Assembly (NCBI GenBank): GCA_951406725.2
Contig: OX597829.1
Coordinates: 12,152,001 to 12,216,000 of the forward strand
From: Octopus vulgaris
Lineage: Eukaryota
Direction: 5' to 3'
Length of the DNA stretch: 64,000 bases
Shown: piece after piece, positions 54,458 through 64,000 of the stretch
Layout of the letters: each line of letters begins with the position of its first letter
Position numbering within the stretch: position 1 is the stretch's first letter
Notes under the pieces: generated by a model
Told to the model about the DNA's origin: nothing
The model's database searches: none
The model's input: the letters and a program-made list of their open reading frames with translations, nothing else
Program-made: the position numbers and the translations under genes

Positions 54458-57115
54458 ATGTCAAGTATGCTTAAATTAGGTTGTGTGAATGCGCGTGGCT
54501 TGGCGTCGGCTTGGAAGCAAGGTTACCTTCTAAACGACATCAAGTCACTGAATGTGGATATAGTAGCTATCAGTGAAACCAGACTCAGTAAGCCGCGGGC
54601 CCTCGAGTCCATGTTTGGCAATCAATTTGACATTTATTTTTCTCCCTGTCTGCCGAACATGGGTGGTGGAGGTACCGCGGTGCTTTTTCGAAAGAGTTTA
54701 AAGGTAAAAATAAGAGCAATATTCCTAGACCCGGAGGGTAGGATGGTTGACTTGGACGTGGATGGCAGAAATGGGTGTGCATTCCGTCTGATGGCAGTTT
54801 ATGCACCGTACTTAACGGGTCGGGCGGATTTCTTCAGACGTCTAGAGGTTTTCCTGGGTACGTCTAGACATTTACTGTTAGTAGGGGATTGGAACGCTAC
54901 CTTGGACACGCATCTAGATTATGTGGAAAGGGATAGGAATAGAAGGGGGTGTAAGAGCCTCAAAGACCTGCTCAGACGTTTCCATTTGTCTGACAGGTTC
55001 CGACACGACCATCCGAACGTGCCAACGTGGACTTGGACAAACCGCGTCGGATCGTCGAGATCTTATCTAGATAGAATTCTATGCAGGACAGCGGATAGGG
55101 ATAGTGTAGGATGTCCACAATTTAAAATAGTCAGCTACACAGATCACAAATTTGTTACGTGTACGCTCGACTTAGATAAAACACATAGGCAGGGTCCCGG
55201 TTACTGGAAACTGAACACGTCGCTGTTAGCGCGACAGGTTTACAGGAACCGGATTAGCGAGTTAATTAAGAGGGCGCTGACGGGAGTCGTCGTTAACAAC
55301 CGCTGGTGGTTCGCCCTGAAAATGGCAATAAAATTGGAATCAATTAGGTTTAGCAAGGAATTAGCGATAGAACGAAATAGAGTAGAGGGAGACTTGGTTA
55401 AGAAACTAGAAGAGGCACTTACCACTGGCAGCGCAACCAACGTGCTGGCTGCGAGGATGGCCCTCGACCAACACCTCAACGCCAAGCACGAAGGTTGCGT
55501 CGTCAGAGCTACAATGCGTGCCTTAAGGAACGAAGGGATCGAAGCTGCGCGAGAGGCCCGGGTAGCGGAGGCGCAGCGTGGCAACAGAGCCACCATTCGG
55601 TCTCTAATAGATCAACAGGGATGCAGTTTACTCGAACTCGAAAGGATGTGTGAGGCCTTTCAACAGCACTTTGCTCGACTGTTTGGTGCGAGTGGTGGGT
55701 CGGAACGCGGGATGGATTTGAGTGCCTACCTGTCCGACCTGCCGCGGCTCTCGGCAAGAGAAGTGAAGTGTTGTGAAAGACCGATCACAGCCGCTGACGT
55801 GTGGGGTGCGATGGCGGGCTGCGTGAGGGATAAGTCGCCTGGATTGGATGGTTTACCCTACGAGCTGTATTGTCGAATGCCAGACTTGTTTGGCGACCTC
55901 TTGGCATCAGTCTACTGCAACTGGCAACAAAACGGGAGAATCCCCGGTTTCGTGAGCCGAGGTGCAGTAACGTTGCTGAAGAAAGACCCAAACAAGGGGA
56001 ATTTTATAGATAATTTCAGGCCCATCACTCTGCTCAACGCAGATTTGAAAATTTTGGCCAAAGTAATAGTCGAAAGGTTGGCGCTTATCATTGGTAAACT
56101 GGTCGACAGGGCGCAAACATGCGCAGTGCCGGGCAGAACCATACATGACAACCTCCATCTGATGCGCTACATTGTGGACAGGGTAGTTAAGGATCCTGGC
56201 ATGGGTGGGGCGCTGATCAATTTGGATCAGTCTAAAGCCTTCGATAGGGTCGACCATCGATACTTGGCGGCCGTCCTCAGGGCGGCTGGCTTCGGTCCCG
56301 TCTTCCGCGGTTGGATCGCTGCCTTGTATAGCGGCATCCGATCGGTGATTCGGGTGAATGGTCACCTGTCGAAACCGTTTGACATCACGCGTTCGGTCCG
56401 TCAGGGGTGTCCCCTGTCGGCGCTTCTGTATGTATTGACTCTCGAGCCGCTACTGCGGAAGCTGGCGATACTGAGGGGCATCCCACGGGAACTGGGTTGC
56501 GGGACGAGCGTGTCGGCATATGCGGACGATGTCACCGTCATAGTGTCGAGCGACAAACACATCAAGATGATAGGCGAGACACTAAGAAAATACGAAACGG
56601 TGACGGGAGCAAAGATTAACCCGGAAAAGTCAGTGGGTTTGCTACTCGGCACCTGGAGAAGCAAGCCCATGCCGTCCGACTGCGGCTCAGTAGTGGGACG
56701 CTGGACGGACGGACCGGTTAAATTGCTCGGGGTCTGGTTCAGTCCGTACCTCCAAATGGATAAGAACTGGGACGAGATCACGAGTAGAGTGGTCGCTCTC
56801 AGCCAAACATGGGCCGAGAGAAAGCTGTCTCTAAAAGGCCGGGCGGAGGTGGCGAACGCGTACATCGCATCCGTCATCGATTACTGCCTGATCGTCGTAC
56901 CTTGTCCCGACGCCACTATCACCAAACTGGAACACATACTCTTCCGCTTCCTGTGGAAGGGTGGCGTTCCGATGGTGAGGAAGTCCATTTGCTGTCAACA
57001 TCCGTTGAATGGAGGACTAGGCATGCCGTGGTTGATGATGCGCATGCATGCGCTGAGACTGCGACATCTCTGGAACTTCATCGACGACGTGAACAGGTGT
57101 GGGCGCCGTTTGTGA
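54458..57115 (+). CDS. Tx1 ORF2: APE endonuclease + reverse transcriptase (C-terminus frameshifted; remnants continue to ~57900)
   Basis: 885 aa; NARGL, SETR, VGDWN, TDHK; SPGLDG, FRPITLLN, SKAFDRVDH, VRQGCPLS, AYADD; CPRC motif in the downstream frame. Confidence 0.95.
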   Translation: MSSMLKLGCVNARGLASAWKQGYLLNDIKSLNVDIVAISETRLSKPRALESMFGNQFDIYFSPCLPNMGGGGTAVLFRKSLKVKIRAIFLDPEGRMVDLDVDGRNGCAFRLMAVYAPYLTGRADFFRRLEVFLGTSRHLLLVGDWNATLDTHLDYVERDRNRRGCKSLKDLLRRFHLSDRFRHDHPNVPTWTWTNRVGSSRSYLDRILCRTADRDSVGCPQFKIVSYTDHKFVTCTLDLDKTHRQGPGYWKLNTSLLARQVYRNRISELIKRALTGVVVNNRWWFALKMAIKLESIRFSKELAIERNRVEGDLVKKLEEALTTGSATNVLAARMALDQHLNAKHEGCVVRATMRALRNEGIEAAREARVAEAQRGNRATIRSLIDQQGCSLLELERMCEAFQQHFARLFGASGGSERGMDLSAYLSDLPRLSAREVKCCERPITAADVWGAMAGCVRDKSPGLDGLPYELYCRMPDLFGDLLASVYCNWQQNGRIPGFVSRGAVTLLKKDPNKGNFIDNFRPITLLNADLKILAKVIVERLALIIGKLVDRAQTCAVPGRTIHDNLHLMRYIVDRVVKDPGMGGALINLDQSKAFDRVDHRYLAAVLRAAGFGPVFRGWIAALYSGIRSVIRVNGHLSKPFDITRSVRQGCPLSALLYVLTLEPLLRKLAILRGIPRELGCGTSVSAYADDVTVIVSSDKHIKMIGETLRKYETVTGAKINPEKSVGLLLGTWRSKPMPSDCGSVVGRWTDGPVKLLGVWFSPYLQMDKNWDEITSRVVALSQTWAERKLSLKGRAEVANAYIASVIDYCLIVVPCPDATITKLEHILFRFLWKGGVPMVRKSICCQHPLNGGLGMPWLMMRMHALRLRHLWNFIDDVNRCGRRL

Positions 57116-58194
57116 GGCGCGACTTCCCGCAGCTCGTCTCACTGACCGAACTGCAAACGTGGATCAAAAAGAGACCGAAACTGGGCGATTGGCACCGAGA
57201 GTGTCGCCAAGCTCTACAGCAGCTCTGCCGACCGGGGTCAAACTTGTGCAACTTACAAACGACTAAAGCGTTCCATAGAGGACTAGTGGAGGGGAGGTCC
57301 GACGACACACTCGGGGCAAACCTGGGCGTCGACGAGAAATTCCTAACCCGCCTGTTCAGGACGACGTTCGGGCCGGGGCCTATGGATAACTTCCAGAAAT
57401 CCCTGGCTTGGCAGTGCTATCGAGACGCACTACCTGTTCGAGAGAAGAGCTACAGACACGGTTCGAAAACCATCACCGGACCGACCTGCCCGAGATGCGG
57501 TTAGAGCGACGAAACCGTTCAGCACGCACTCGTGCAGTGTCCAGATATTTCAGAGCTGTGGTCCTTCGTCGAACAGCTGTTGTCACGTGTAGGTCGGGCT
57601 CGCCTATCGGCCGAGTATATCGTCAATATTGTTCCACCACCTTCCTTTAAACGGGAAGGGAAAACGGTTTTCGTTACGCTGATGGCTATGGCGAAAGAAT
57701 GTGTGTGGTGGACGCGTTTGAAAGGACTGTAAACAAACACCTTCCTCTCTGGTCAGTCTCTCGTCAACTTTTTCAAGTACCACTTGAAAAGGAGGATGAG
57801 AATAGAGAGGAAGTCTTTGTCGAACGAATGTTTTAATAAAAAGTGGGTAAAAGTGGCAAAAATGGTCAGTATGAAAGACGACACAATTTTAAGCATAAAT
57901 CTGTAACCAAAAGAGACAACGAGAAGTAAGGCGACTTACTCATGTGTTCTTTTTCGAATTGTCTGAGGTGACCTTGGTCTTTTTTGTAGGTTTTTCTTTC
58001 CAAGGCTACACCTAAACTGTGAACCTTATATATATATATATATTGCCTTTTTATACACCACACAACCCACAGATCCCTATTGATCAAACGTTTTTTTTTG
58101 TGCCCCACCCATCCCACCTCGAAAAGAAAAAATTCTACATTGTATTTCGTCCATTTTTATTCTGTGTTTAGCCCTGTGTGGCTACAATAAAAAG

Positions 58195-58296
<102 letters not shown>

Positions 58297-58370
58297 GTCT
58301 ATCTATCTATTTACCTATCTATCTATCTGCATATCTATACATATATCTATCTATCTACACATCTATCTAT

Positions 58371-58994
58371 CACGCCTCCTTCCTTCAAACGGGAAGGAAG
58401 AGCTATTTTCATCTTACTTGTGGCTATGGCGAAAGAATGTATCTGGTTGACGAGTCTGAAAGGATTAGAGACAAACACTTCCCTCTCTGGTCAATCTCTC
58501 ATCAACTTCTTCAAGTATCACTTGAAGAGGAAAGTGAAAATAGAGAGGCAAGTTTTGTCTAGTGAATGTTTTTAAAAAAAGATGGGTGAATGTAGCAAGG
58601 ATGGCACGTATGAATGACGAAGCCACCTTGAGTATTATCCTATGAACCCGGAAATTGAAAACAGAGGGTTACCTACTTGCAAACAAATGTGGTAATATGT
58701 AACAATATTGCCCGAGGTTACCGTGGTCTTTTCCGTAGGCTTTTCTTTCCATGGATAAGCCTTATCTGCTTCCCCCTTTACACCCTACATCATGACACTG
58801 TGATACATGATCTCTATTGATCGTTTTTTCTTTTCTTTTTTCTTTGCTTTATTTTCTTATATTTTTTTTCCTTTTCTTTTCTACGACCCCTTTTGATCGA
58901 CAGCCTATTCCACATTTTTTTTCCTCAAAAAGAAAAACTCTACTTTGTAATTAGTCCCGTCTGTGTCCATCCCTGTGTTGCTAATAAAGAAACA
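58371..58994 (+). mobile_element. 5'-truncated Tx1 3' end in (TATC)n
   Basis: Highly similar to the reverse complement of 34592-35206. Confidence 0.9.
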
Positions 58995-59066
58995 TATCTA
59001 TACATCTATCTACCTATCTATTATATATATATATATATATGCGCATGTGTGTGTACACACAGACAC

Positions 59067-59119
<53 letters not shown>

Positions 59120-59184
59120 TATACATGTATATATACATATATATGTATATGAATATATATGCATATATATATACACACATATAT

Positions 59185-59400
59185 GTGTGTGTGTGTTTGT
59201 GTCTGTGTTTGTTCCCCCAACAACGATTGACAACAGCTGCTGGTGTGTTTACGTCCCCGTGACTTAGCGATTCGGCAAAAGAAGCGACAGAACAAGTACT
59301 AGGCTTACAAAAAATAAGCCTCGGGGTCGATTTGCTCGACTAACGGCGGTACTCCAGCATGACTGCAGTCAAATGACTGAAACAGATAAAAGAATAAAAA
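59185..59400 (+). mobile_element. SINE 3' half
   Basis: Reverse complement of 42240-42450. Confidence 0.8.
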
Positions 59401-59543
59401 GGATATATATATTGGATTAACTTTATATATATATATATATATATATACCGGAGTAAACACATAAATGTGAAACAAGGTGGAAAAAAGAGTACTCAAATAC
59501 CAGTGGTAGAGTAATATGCTTTATTTAAAGCAGCAGAAAATTC

Positions 59544-59597
59544 AACAAAATCTGTTACTCTGAGTTTCTCGTTGCCGTTCATCAGACAGTTTTTGTT
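59544..59597 (-). ncRNA. Minimal type I hammerhead ribozyme (mirror copy)
   Basis: Exact reverse complement of 59600-59653. Confidence 0.8.
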
Positions 59598-59599
59598 CT

Positions 59600-59653
59600 A
59601 ACAAAAACTGTCTGATGAACGGCAACGAGAAACTCAGAGTAACAGATTTTGTT
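59600..59653 (+). ncRNA. Minimal type I hammerhead ribozyme
   Basis: AACAAAAACTGT-CTGATGA-ACG[GCAA]CGA-GAAAC-TCAGA-GTA-ACAGATTTTGTT; predicted cut after 59641. Confidence 0.8.
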
Positions 59654-59677
59654 GAATTTTCTGCGGCTTTAAATAAA

Positions 59678-59717
<40 letters not shown>

Positions 59718-59889
59718 TTGTGTGTGAGTGTGTATGTGTGTGTGTATACAAACATCCATAAATAAATGTAGAGTATTTTTTCATAACACACAGACACACA
59801 CACAAAATGATAAGCTTTCACGATTAGAACGCAAACAACATGTATTTCAGTATATAAATATAATATAAAATGAAAGTTAATTGAAAAAT

Positions 59890-60830
59890 TAGAAGAGGAG
59901 GGGGAAAGAGGAGATGAGAGGAGGAGAAAGAGGAGGAGGGAATGGAAGATGAAGTGGAAAGGGAAGAAGGGAAGGAGGATAAGGAAGAAGACGAAGGGGA
60001 ACGGACGGAGCAAGAGGAAGAGGAACAGGTGAAGGAAGAAGCGGTGGAAGAGAAAGACGGGGAAGAGGATGAAGGAGAAGAAGGAGAGGAGGAAGACGAA
60101 GGGAAAGAAAGGAGAGAGAGGAAGAAGCAAAGGAGGAAGGGGAAGAGGTGGAGGATGAAGCCGTGTAAAAGAAAGGGGAAGGTGAGGCGGAGGGGAAGGA
60201 GGAGGAAGAGGAGGAGAAAGAAAGGGAGGATGAGGAAGATGAGGCTGAAGAGAAGGAGAAAGAGGAGGAAGAGGAAGAGAAGTAGGAAGGGGAAAGGGAA
60301 GTAGGAAGAGGAAAGAGAAGCAGGAAGAGGAAAGGGAAGTAGGAAGAGGGATTAGGAAGTGGAAGAGGAAGCGCAGAAGGGGGAGGAGGAGGAAGGAAGG
60401 AAGGAGGAGGGAGGAGGAGGGAGGAGGAGGGAGGAGGAGGACGACGAAGGAGAGGGAGGGAGGAGGACGACGAAGGAGAGGGAGGGAGGAGGAAGAGAGG
60501 AAGAGGACAACGAGGTAGGGGAAGAGGAGGACGTGGATGAGGGAGAGGGGAGGAGGAGGAGGAGGAGGAAGGATAGATGAAGTGGAGAAATACGTAGGGG
60601 CGAAGATGGTAAGGAGTGAAAGGAGGAGTGGAAAGAGGAGGAGTTGAAGGACGAAGAGGAGGAAGAAGGGGAGGAAGAAAGGAAGGGGAGGAGAAAGAGA
60701 AGGACGAAGGGAGGAAGAGGAAGACGAGGCGGAAGAGGAGGCGGAAGAGAAGGAAGGGGAGGAAGGAGAGGAAGGGGAGGAAGTGGAAGGAAGTAGTGAT
60801 AGGAGGAGCAGAGGGAGTAGGAAAGTAGGA
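59890..60830. repeat. Purine-rich (GA/GGA) low-complexity tract
   Basis: ~940 bp almost exclusively G/A on the + strand. Confidence 0.9.
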
Positions 60831-61204
60831 AATATTTTAATTAAACTATCTTATACTCTATAAATGAAATATTTTCCTAAATATTCTAAAGTCCAAAATT
60901 ATTAATACATACGGTAAATAACTCTTCCAAATTAAATATATCAATAAATCATAACGATATTGAGGATAACTTGTGCGAACTCAAATAAATATAACTTTAA
61001 ATAAACCAAGAATAAGCAATATAGACAATCCTATAGAAACACGCAAAAATCCTCCTCTAGAAAATAACGCACAACGCAAAAACCTTATAAATAAATTATT
61101 ACCATACTCAGCCATAAACAACAATGCAAGCCCTACCGCTCCATACTCAACATTATGTCCAGAAACTAACTCTGACACCCCCCTCTGCAAAAAGATAACA
61201 ACTC

Positions 61205-62576
61205 TGTGAACTTCTTAGACGTTAGCTTCACCCACCAGCCTTACCATAAACCTAACAACAATATCACATACATAAATACCCAAAGTAACCATCCATATAA
61301 CATTATAGAAAACCTAACATAGAGAGAAGAATTAATCTATTATCATCTAATGAATACATATTTAACATGCTATAACCTAGCACTTAAGAAGGCAGGATAT
61401 AAATATGAAATTAAGTATAATAAAAACGACAGCATCAATACTAATAATACCAAACTTTATCTTGAAATTAATACTGTAGATAATATTAGTGAACCTAAGT
61501 CACCTGATGAATTAGTCACCCCCAATATAAATAAACTCTCAATAATAGTCATCAACATAACAGAAAAAACACGAAAATCACAACTACAGTAAACATACTA
61601 ATAAACTTAATCAATACGAACAGCATAACCATAACTTTACAAAAGGAAACAATTATATAAACTTTAGCAATTCCGACTTTACTAACCACATTAATATTAA
61701 TATTAATAAATCCAAGAATTCTGACGACAAACACCAAAACTGTATAATTATAGATAAAAAATAGGAACATTAAGCCAATAAACAGAAAAAATGAAAATAA
61801 TCACCTAATTCCTCTATAATATACATAACCATAGAACTCAAATTAATATAGATGGTATTATAATAGTACAAGAGAATAGCAGGTCTACCTAAAAAATTGG
61901 CACCTCAAAAGAAACAATATTGATTTCTCCATCTCTTGGAAAATCCTATCTTCTTCCCCCTCTTACAGAAATGATAATAAAATTTGTGGGTTGTGTTTGG
62001 AAGAAAGCTGTAGCATATTGAGAATAAATGGAAATTTGGTTAATACTAGGGTTGAAAAAGTTCTCATGTAAACACATGACCCAATTCCTATTTATCAATC
62101 TTAAATAATTCTTCCCTTCCCACTTGCTTAGATTAGTTTTTGGTGTTTTTTAAAAATATTTCTATATATTATCTTTTCTTATGGAATACGATCACTCCTT
62201 GATATTTTTTATTTAACATTTCCTTCTAACAATTGCATGACCCACCATATATAAGGTTAATACTTTATCTGTCTCGCCCTACACACCCTTTTCTCTCAGT
62301 ATGTCTGCTTTTTTAGTTATCTTTCCTTAGTATATTATATACCTATAGTTTCTTTGTATTTTATTTTATTTGCATAATGTGACCATTTAAACCCACTCAA
62401 CATACCCATTCTAACTAATACTGTGTTATATTATTTGTCACTATACCTGATAATTAAATATATTTTACTGCTGATATATGCAAACATGTATGCACATATA
62501 GTACTTCTTGGTGTCCTACATGTCTACAACCATGTGTGCATATCTAGGTATGGGTCTTATATGTTATCTGTGTGTG
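61205..62576 (+). mobile_element. Penelope-like remnant
   Basis: NFLDVSF..PYHKPNNNITYINTQSNHP and YNLALKKAGY; very decayed HHR-like string 62466-62503. Confidence 0.65.
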
Positions 62577-62578
62577 TA

Positions 62579-63857
62579 CGAGGGGCGTTCAATAAGTAAT
62601 GCCTCTGACCCACTTCCCATAGCAGTAGAGCAACGAAACTTGGCACAGTTATTAGTCTTTTTCTACACAGGAACCACCCAGAGTTACGCATTTCTCCCAT
62701 CGTTTGATGTGGCTCTGGAGACCGTTTTTGTAGAAGAACCCAGCTTGGTCCTCCAACCTCAACCTGACTTCAGAAATCAAGGCTGCATCATCTGGGAAAC
62801 GCTTTCCTTTCAAAAACAACCTCATGATTAGGAAGGGGTGAAAATCAGAGGGTGCAAGGTCAGGAAAGTAGAGGGGATGGGGAGGAGTTCATAGCCATAC
62901 GCCTGTGTTTCTGATCTGGCGACAAGCGAGTTGTGGACCGGAGCGTTGTCCTGCAGGAGGAGGATGCCTTTGCTGATCTTGCCCCGCCTCTTGATTTTGA
63001 TAACTTCTCTTAATTTCCTCAAAAGTGAAGCATAATAGGCTCCTGCAATTGTGGTACCCTTTGCCAGGAAATCTGTCATCACTACTCCGTCCTGGTCCCA
63101 GAAGACTGTGAGCATGACCTTGCCAGCGGAGGGCTGCACCCTTGCCTTCTTTGGAGGGGGTGAGTCACTGCATTGACTGGGCTTTGGTCTCTAGATCATC
63201 GTGATGGACCCAGGTTTCATCCTGTGTAATCAGTCTTTTGAAAAATTTTGACTCATCTTCTTGGCATATCTCCAAATTCACCCTCGAGCAGTCGACGCGT
63301 TCTTGCTTCTGGAAAGGCGTGAGCAACCTGGGAATCCATCTGGCAGACACCTTTTGCATATGCAAATGGTCATGAATGATAGTTTCCACAGACCCGGTAC
63401 TAATCTTGACCTCATGGGCTATTTGGCGAATAATTATGCGTCGATCTTCCAAAATGGCAGCCTCAACTTGACGGACAGATGCCTCATCAATGGCAGAAGG
63501 GGGCGACCAGATCTGGGAGCTGTTTCCACAGAGTTTCGACCATGTTTGAATTCACGATGCCAGCGTTTTACAAGGTCATATGATGGGGCATCATCACCAT
63601 AAGTTACTTTCATTTCATCAAAAGTCTCCCGTGGTGTGCGTCCTTTCAAATACAAAAACCGGATCACTGCTCGACACTCAACAGGCTCCATTTCACACTG
63701 ACTCGGTTCAAACACTTGTAAATCAGAAACCACAATTAATTCAGAGCTGTAATTTGCCACTTACTCTATAGAGATATAAATGATTGCACATGCAAAATTT
63801 CAGCTAGATGAAACAACTGCAAGTGGGTCAGAGGCATTACTTATTGAACGTCCCTCG
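62579..63857 (-). mobile_element. Full-length mariner transposon with frameshifted transposase
   Basis: 37-bp TIRs (1 mismatch), TA TSDs; WIPRLL, QDETW, LQDNAPVH motifs in 63434..63760, 63165..63452, 62828..63139. Confidence 0.95.
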
Positions 63858-64000
63858 TATATCTATTATTTTGTGTTTATTTACTATATGTTGCCACTGA
63901 CATGTATTCATTAATATGAACATATGTATCTGCGTATATACGTATGTGTCGCATACATATATATACTACTTATTATGTGTGTGTGCATTTATATCTATAT

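Larger units (their letters stand above)
59447..59683. mobile_element. (TA)n-flanked palindromic mini-element with two hammerheads
   Basis: 59514-59597 / 59600-59683 inverted, 2 mismatches, 2-nt spacer. Confidence 0.85.

Overview
Eukaryotic, AT-rich and almost entirely repeat-derived 64 kb. The tRNA-derived SINE families and microsatellite load look like an octopus/cephalopod genome (inference). No complete host gene is visible, only two candidate + strand micro-exons (29569-29597, 51472-51531), so the window may be intronic. Contents: Tx1-clade LINEs (one near-intact copy at 52278-58196), R4/Dong-like, CRE-like and RTE-like LINE remnants, many Penelope-like (GIY-YIG) elements and pseudo-LTR (pLTR) modules, two mariners, hAT remnants, SINEs and long microsatellites. 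Most notable: (1) a TSD-bounded 2.0-kb retroelement encoding only an ORF1/zinc-knuckle protein (HAL1-like), plus a second candidate; (2) a dense set of minimal hammerhead ribozymes (HHRs) in (TA)n-embedded fold-back mini-elements, including a palindrome with an HHR on each strand; (3) a non-canonical HHR variant, and a different recurring CUGANGA-containing structured motif, in pLTRs; (4) apparent partitioning of microsatellite targets among retroelement clades (Tx1-GATA, Penelope-TA, Dong-TAA, CRE-CA). All calls were made by eye; boundaries of decayed elements are approximate.
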